From: Candidatus Multivoradales bacterium
GTDB taxonomy: Bacteria; Acidobacteriota; Thermoanaerobaculia; Multivoradales; J023
Assembly: GCA_965248925.1 (NCBI GenBank)
Contig: CBDFLE010000005.1
Coordinates: 2,176,001-2,240,000, forward strand
Reading direction: 5' to 3'
Length of the DNA: 64,000 nt
In this document: in pieces, positions 62,501 through 64,000 of the stretch
Layout of the letters: each line of letters starts with the position of its first letter
Position numbering within the stretch: the first letter of the stretch is position 1
Notes under the pieces: model-generated
The model's database searches: none
What the model saw: the letters and a program-made list of their open reading frames with translations, nothing else
What the model was told of the DNA's origin: nothing
Position numbers and translations under genes: made by a program

Positions 62501-64000
62501 CGCGTCATCGCCATGCCGATCCACCCAGGCCGATAAGGTCGACGGATCGAGTGCCTCGCCGCCGAAAATTACCCAGCGCAACGCCAGCTCGGTGGGTCGC
62601 AGCGCCTCCGCCTGGATCAATTGGCGGAAGGCCGAAGGGGTTTGATTGAGCACCGTCACCCTGGAGGTCGCCAGCAGTTTCAGGAAGCGCTCCGGCGAAC
62701 GGCTAACCCAATAGGGAACCACCACCAGCCGACCACCATAGAGCAAGGCGCCCCAAATCTCCCACACCGAAAAATCGAAGGAATAGGAGTGGAATAAGGT
62801 CCACACCTCCGTCGCGGTGAAGCGGAAGTCCGCCTTGGTCGCCCGCAGCAGCCGCAGCACCTGGCCGTGACTCACCACCACCCCCTTCGGCCGGCCGGTC
62901 GAACCCGAGGTGTAGATTACGTAGGCCGGCAGCTCGGGCTCGCCGGTCACCCAAGACGGTACCCTCTCGAGCGGCTCCGGTAGCGACTCACCCACCTCTA
63001 GCTCCACCACCGAACCGACCGCCGGCGGCAGCTGCTGGCGCAGCGCAGCGCAGGTCACCCAGACCTCCGCGCCACTATCAGCGGCGATGAAGCGCAGTCG
63101 CGCGGCCGGCAACTCTGGATCCACCGGTAGGTAAGCCGCGGCGCAGCGCAAGATCGCCAGGATCGACACCACCAGGGTGGTATCGCGGGGCAGCAGCAGC
63201 GCCACCAAGGCCCCTGGCCGCACTCCGGCGGACCACAGCTGGCCGGCCAGCGACCCGGCCGCCGCGTGCAGCTGGCCATAAGTCAGAGAGTGCCCTTCGA
63301 AGCTCAGCGCCAGCGCCTCGGGACAGCTGGCGGAGGTCGCCGCGAAAGCTTCCCACAAGCCGCCCCGCAGCTCGTAGCGCGCCCCGGTGCCGCTCCACTC
63401 TTGCAACAGTTCCTGCCGCTCAGCGGTGCTCAGCAGCGCCACCGAGGCGAGTTCGGCCTGCGGATCCTCAATCACCGCCTGCGCCAGCCGCTGCAAATAG
63501 CCCATCCAGCGCTCGATGGTGCTGGCATCGAAAATCTCGCTGCCATACTCGAAGGCCAGCGCCAAACCATCATCCTGCTCAGAAGCCAGGAGAGTCAGAT
63601 CAAACTTCGCCACCGCCGGCGCGGCCTTGAAACCCTCGACCCGCAATCCGGGCAGCTCCAGCGCCGCCGGCGCTCGCTGCTCGAAGACCAGCATCGCTTC
63701 GAATAGGGGGGTACGGCTCAGACTGCGCTCAGGCTGGAGTTCATCGACCAGCTTCTCGAACGGCACTTCCTGATGGGCGTAAACCTCCAGGGCGACCTGT
63801 CGCACCTGCTGCAGCAGGTCGACGAAAGTCGACCCCACCTCAAGCTCGCCGCGCAACACCAGGGTGTTGACGAACATCCCCACCAGGCCTTCGGTGGCGA
63901 GCTCCCCACGACCGGCCACCGGCGTGCCAAGGGTCACCTCGGACTGGCCGCTGAGACGACTGAGAAGGGCTTCGAAGAGAGCCGCCAAGACCATGAAAGG
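50531..64000 (-). CDS. Upstream NRPS (5'-truncated): [C]-A(Thr)-T-E-C(DCL)-A(Ser)-T-C-A(Gln)-T-C-A(?)-T-docking
   Basis: The frame is open to the window edge. Codes: DFWNIGMVHK (Thr), DVWHISLVDK (Ser), DAWQFGLIDK (Gln), DVLQIGLVYK (unclear, Gly/Ala-like). E-domain motifs HHLVIDGVSW, ESHGRE, RTVGWFT, FNYLGQLD. DCL motif HHLLLDGWS. Acidic C-terminal helix. Confidence 0.96.
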   Translation of the reverse strand, partial: PFMVLAALFEALLSRLSGQSEVTLGTPVAGRGELATEGLVGMFVNTLVLRGELEVGSTFVDLLQQVRQVALEVYAHQEVPFEKLVDELQPERSLSRTPLFEAMLVFEQRAPAALELPGLRVEGFKAAPAVAKFDLTLLASEQDDGLALAFEYGSEIFDASTIERWMGYLQRLAQAVIEDPQAELASVALLSTAERQELLQEWSGTGARYELRGGLWEAFAATSASCPEALALSFEGHSLTYGQLHAAAGSLAGQLWSAGVRPGALVALLLPRDTTLVVSILAILRCAAAYLPVDPELPAARLRFIAADSGAEVWVTCAALRQQLPPAVGSVVELEVGESLPEPLERVPSWVTGEPELPAYVIYTSGSTGRPKGVVVSHGQVLRLLRATKADFRFTATEVWTLFHSYSFDFSVWEIWGALLYGGRLVVVPYWVSRSPERFLKLLATSRVTVLNQTPSAFRQLIQAEALRPTELALRWVIFGGEALDPSTLSAWVDRHGDDAPGLVNMYGITETTVHVTYHRLLRAEVRGGFGSAIGQPLADLRLYLLDRLGQPVPQGVGGELVVGGGGVARGYLGRAGLTAARFVPDPYGCDSGERLYRSGDLGRWLADGGVEYLGRLDQQVKVRGFRIELGEIEAVLSQHQAVAEVAVMARRDGAAESIRLVAYVVPTAAGLALEELRAHLAARLPAYMVPAAFVELPALPLTANGKLDRRALPAPEAQRPQLAGSLVAPRGPVEETLVRIWEEVLGVEGIGSQDNFFALGGDSILSIQIVAKANQAALRLLPKDVFLHQTVAELAAVVGQAPAIDAEAGEVTGEQWLTPIQRWFFASCATDRHHFNQSLLFEVRQRLDPARLLAVVGVLLGQHDALRLRFSESASGWQARYETADRPNVAFEADLSALPQVARSAALEKLAAAVQTSLDLAAGPLLRIGWIEMGSGEHGRLLLVVHHLVIDGVSWRILLEDLQSAYADLAAGRPLALPAKTTSYQRWAQRLWQHASSSRVADELRYWSVDRGWAGRRLPRRPAAASGNGRRRSTRSLGISLDEAETRALLNEVHGAYRTRVQDLLIAALAMAFRRWTGAPGLLLDLESHGREELADDIDVSRTVGWFTVIAPVALDLQGLEQPAEVLKEVKESLRTLPRQGLAYGLARYAAGSSAAAAAPLPDAEVSFNYLGQLDRVLGAESSFVPAAEQAGRDLSPQQERVYLLEVGARIADHRLQAHFDFSSECHRAATIEALAAGFREALRELIRHCLEPAAGGFTPSDFVLAGLDQQTLDRLADQVGDVEDIYPLAPLQQGLLFHSLEQPAAGVYVEQLTCKLVGELDRSAFNRAWRTAIGRHSILRTSFHWRDLDQPLQIVHRQAAPRLELLDWRQLDGAAQDESLARLRDEDSRRGFDLETPPLRLFLMRCGPREHRLLWTFHHLLLDGWSLPILLNEVFSSYAAEQAGQVEPALAARPYRDYIDWISRQDRDQAESYWRGHLADFSAPSRIEVEGGMEAGAAERAEWQVLLSAELTADLRAFAASNRLTLNTVLQGMWALLLARWSGTSDVLFGAVTSGRPVTLPGVERMVGLFINTIPVRVSVHGAATVAVLGELQSDQIEARQHEFLPLNVIQAFTGVAPPTRLFDSLLVFENYPEERTSGSADEQGLRVDDYRFSESTGYPLTLMAAPFDRLSLTLQADSATLAEVDLRRLAASLERLLASLPEHADRPLLELPTWSASELQQARVEWNDSAAQFAAADHCLAELLERAFSRWPERCAVISGTAELSYGELDQRSASLAFWLLERGVGAESRVGVCLQRGTDLVIALVAILRAGGAYVPLDPEYPAQRLAFMVDDSSPSLVLTSAALGERLAGVKPPLIYLDSLEQELARVCRQSQLAACRRGGADRLAYVIYTSGSTGRPKGAMNSHRAIVNRLLWMQAAYGLEADDRVLQKTPMSFDVSVWEFFWPLSVGAGLVLARPGGHRDPDYLVELIERRRVTTLHFVPSMLRAFLAAEGLPRCAPLRRLISSGEALPAELVRATRQRLGCPLHNLYGPTEAAVDVTAWPCGRAEESGRVPIGRPIGNLRLLVLSPDLRGLPGGVVGELHIAGVGLARGYWARPALTAESWLPAPSPSVPGERLYRTGDLARWRSDGALEYFGRLDQQVKIRGLRIELGEIEAALESHPAVVAAAVLALPLAGSDADRLAAWVVPQGDHPAVDALRDHLGQRLPSYMVPATVTVLEKLPLTANGKLDRRALSELQEIRPSAGPQRPMGPLEALVAQTFERLLGVEEVAAEDSFFALGGHSLLALQVASALRQVTATEVALQQVLRHPTVAELAASIEISRRSGGALPLPPLEPLERGDAIPLSFAQQQLWFLHQLRPESTAYNLATAFRLRGALDRRAFAAAISELVRRHEALRTAFEDRSGTPAQVLVDFAADLLTVVDLSSLAAGCRLAEARRGMRLEANRSYDLEHSALFRARLWRLADDHHVALLAIHHIVSDGWSMGVMARELGELYGAYCQARQSPLAEPEVQFADWALWQHRWMGEAAVGRQLDYWREQLAGIPPLLELPIDRPRPSVPSTAGDFAPVVFSAELTAAVDALARQHLVTPFMVQTAAFQALLGRYSGQDDFCIGTVVAGRHHAGTESLVGFFVNTLVLRAELAGEPCLAALLQRTKSSVLEAYRHQDLPFEKLVEELDPVRSLTYPPIFQALLVQQAGWQSDAELEGLEAEPMGVRGEAVQMDLVLSLEHREGHIAGTLQFRKDLFDRTTISRLNGHLQRLLAVAIERPEAALSSLPLLAASERQQLLQEYSDSATSYPDAVLGLWRLIARQAEQRPDAVALSAVGGSLSYAELLQRSRRLGARLLDLGVGPEVRVGICLQRSPEMVLALLGVLAAGGAWVPVDPELPTARQSFLIEDSGVELLLCDTAERPPAGDIRCLRVAELVGDDASLVERLPLPDQLAYVIYTSGSTGRPKGVMVSQRAILNRLLWMQATYPIGSGDRVLQKTSLGFDASVWEFFAPLLAGATLELAAAGEQRDLAALGRRVLRRRTTVLQLVPSQLQIYVEEPVSAEPAALRRLFSGGEALPERLRQRVGERLGVALINLYGPTETAIDASHQSADRRTSASSVVPIGRPVGNLRPRVVARRMRLVPPGAAGELWVGGLGLARGYAGRPTWTAERFVPDPWPSRPGARLYRTGDRVRWLADGRLEYRGRVDQQLKVRGVRIEPGEIESVLHRQSGLQAAAVAVAGHGPEGRLVAYCVALGAPPSAAELRQHLAAELPETMLPSVYVMLDELPRMASGKVDRGALLALPAAGLAAAVRRAPRTPTESLLVGVWQQILGLETVGPEDDFFDLGGHSLLATRVISQIREALGVEVALRQLFEAPVLADLARALDRGLRGADLPPPPLVRTTEPEPPLSFAQERLWFLQQLDPWLTAYNLLVAVRFSGPLDLAALAMALHWLVERHAVLRTVFVERDGEPRQVVRSAVPISLPQVDLEGLRPAQREAELQRWQDGLLAYPYALDQGPLLRPLVLRLDHREHAVLLGLHHIVTDGWSEEILLRELSAAYRAARTGEQPSWAPLPLQYADYAAWQRGWLRDQPLATLVQGWQMMLDGAPMALPLITDRPRPRVMTHRGAQAGFGLSGETSAALREFCRRRHATLFIALLAAFEALLSRFGGALDFLVGAPVAGRSQLATEGLIGCFVNTLVLRADLAEDPSFETLVRRCREATLQASAHQDLPFEKLVEALQPARDLSRSPLVQALINFEQTEPLELDLGEVEVRPLDGARVDAQFDLSFGVLDDGRAVGGSLVYNTDLFDSTTASRFAHHLQALLGAALIDPQRPLSALPVLAASELQQLLQEWNDTACGQTDDAEATLHGLFAVQAASNPERSALRFADTELSYRQLDAAANRLARRLRAEGVVAEARVGLLMARCLELPVATLAILKSGGAYVPLAAATPRERLETQLRDAGIEVVLTAGDEGRLLADLEVQRIDLRRDADAIDAYSDKPLEDRCAAARLAYVIYTSGSTGRPKGVMVPHFAVLNFLRWLHRRGIVEVADRVVLKTPMVFDVSILELFGPLLLGLTVEIAPADGHRDLVSLVGHLQSCRATVLQLVPSQLGLLLDEPEIGRCTSLRKLISGGEALPESLRERCAELLPGVELINLYGPTEAAVYVTALCCSTGGRGSGSTVPLGRPGGDMRVEVVGRDLRPLPIGAAGELVISGRCLARGYIARPAVTALQLVPNALGDRPGGRLYRTGDLVRVLSDGRLEFLGRIDQQLKINGMRIEPEEIEGRLLDHPAVAEAAVVARPAAAVGLQLVAFFVADQVAPAELADWLRQALPEYLVPTRIEAVEVLPRTASRKIDRRALVERPLAGGVADEVIYVQPSSPSEEMLAEIWSELLGKEEIGSRHDFFALGGHSLLAMRMVARIRSACGVEVAVREIFARSQLAQLASYLDQRLIEEAGETQVDDLLELLESMDDEEALRLLEAETGAGHDRGEQS
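60210..61560 (-). other. Epimerization domain (the only one in the 14 visible modules)
   Basis: LTPIQRWFF, HHLVIDGVSWRILLEDL, SRTVGWFT, FNYLGQLD and FTPSDF. Preceded by a GGDS T domain. Confidence 0.92.

Noticed and set aside
17514-63930. Hundreds of short ORFs antisense to, or out of frame with, the NRPS genes
   Set aside because: Shadow ORFs expected in high-GC coding DNA. They carry no recognisable motifs and lie entirely within the motif-rich NRPS frames.

Overview
GC-rich bacterial DNA, probably Acidobacteriota-like (inferred from an ADOP-type permease and a di-haem cytochrome/TPR gene). About 46.5 kb is the 3' end of a very large NRPS assembly line on the minus strand. It comprises a 5'-truncated NRPS (50531->64000, 4 modules, one with an epimerase) translationally coupled to an 11,033-aa, 10-module NRPS ending in a thioesterase (17433-50534). 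Specificity codes read by hand suggest ...D-Thr-Ser-Gln-X | Thr(->Dhb)-[Ser-type, degenerate A]-Ile/Val-Asp-X-Val-Ile/Val-Gly-Y-Y-TE. Unusual features: (1) a dehydrating CmodAA-type C domain followed by an A domain whose ATP-binding motifs are selectively eroded while its pocket is intact; (2) a near-perfect 3,189-bp tandem duplication of a T-C-A unit; (3) three non-canonical A-domain pockets. Downstream lie a coupled secreted protein, an ADOP permease, two SyrP-like Fe(II)/2-OG hydroxylases, a SyrD/PvdE-type exporter and a membrane M28 peptidase. The left 7.5 kb holds an IS1380-like transposase end, an OmpR-family two-component system divergent from a cytochrome c gene, a decayed TipA-like MerR gene with an intact 19-bp-spacer promoter, and YHS-domain/AraC genes. 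No RNA genes or CRISPR arrays were seen. Domain coordinates are approximate.
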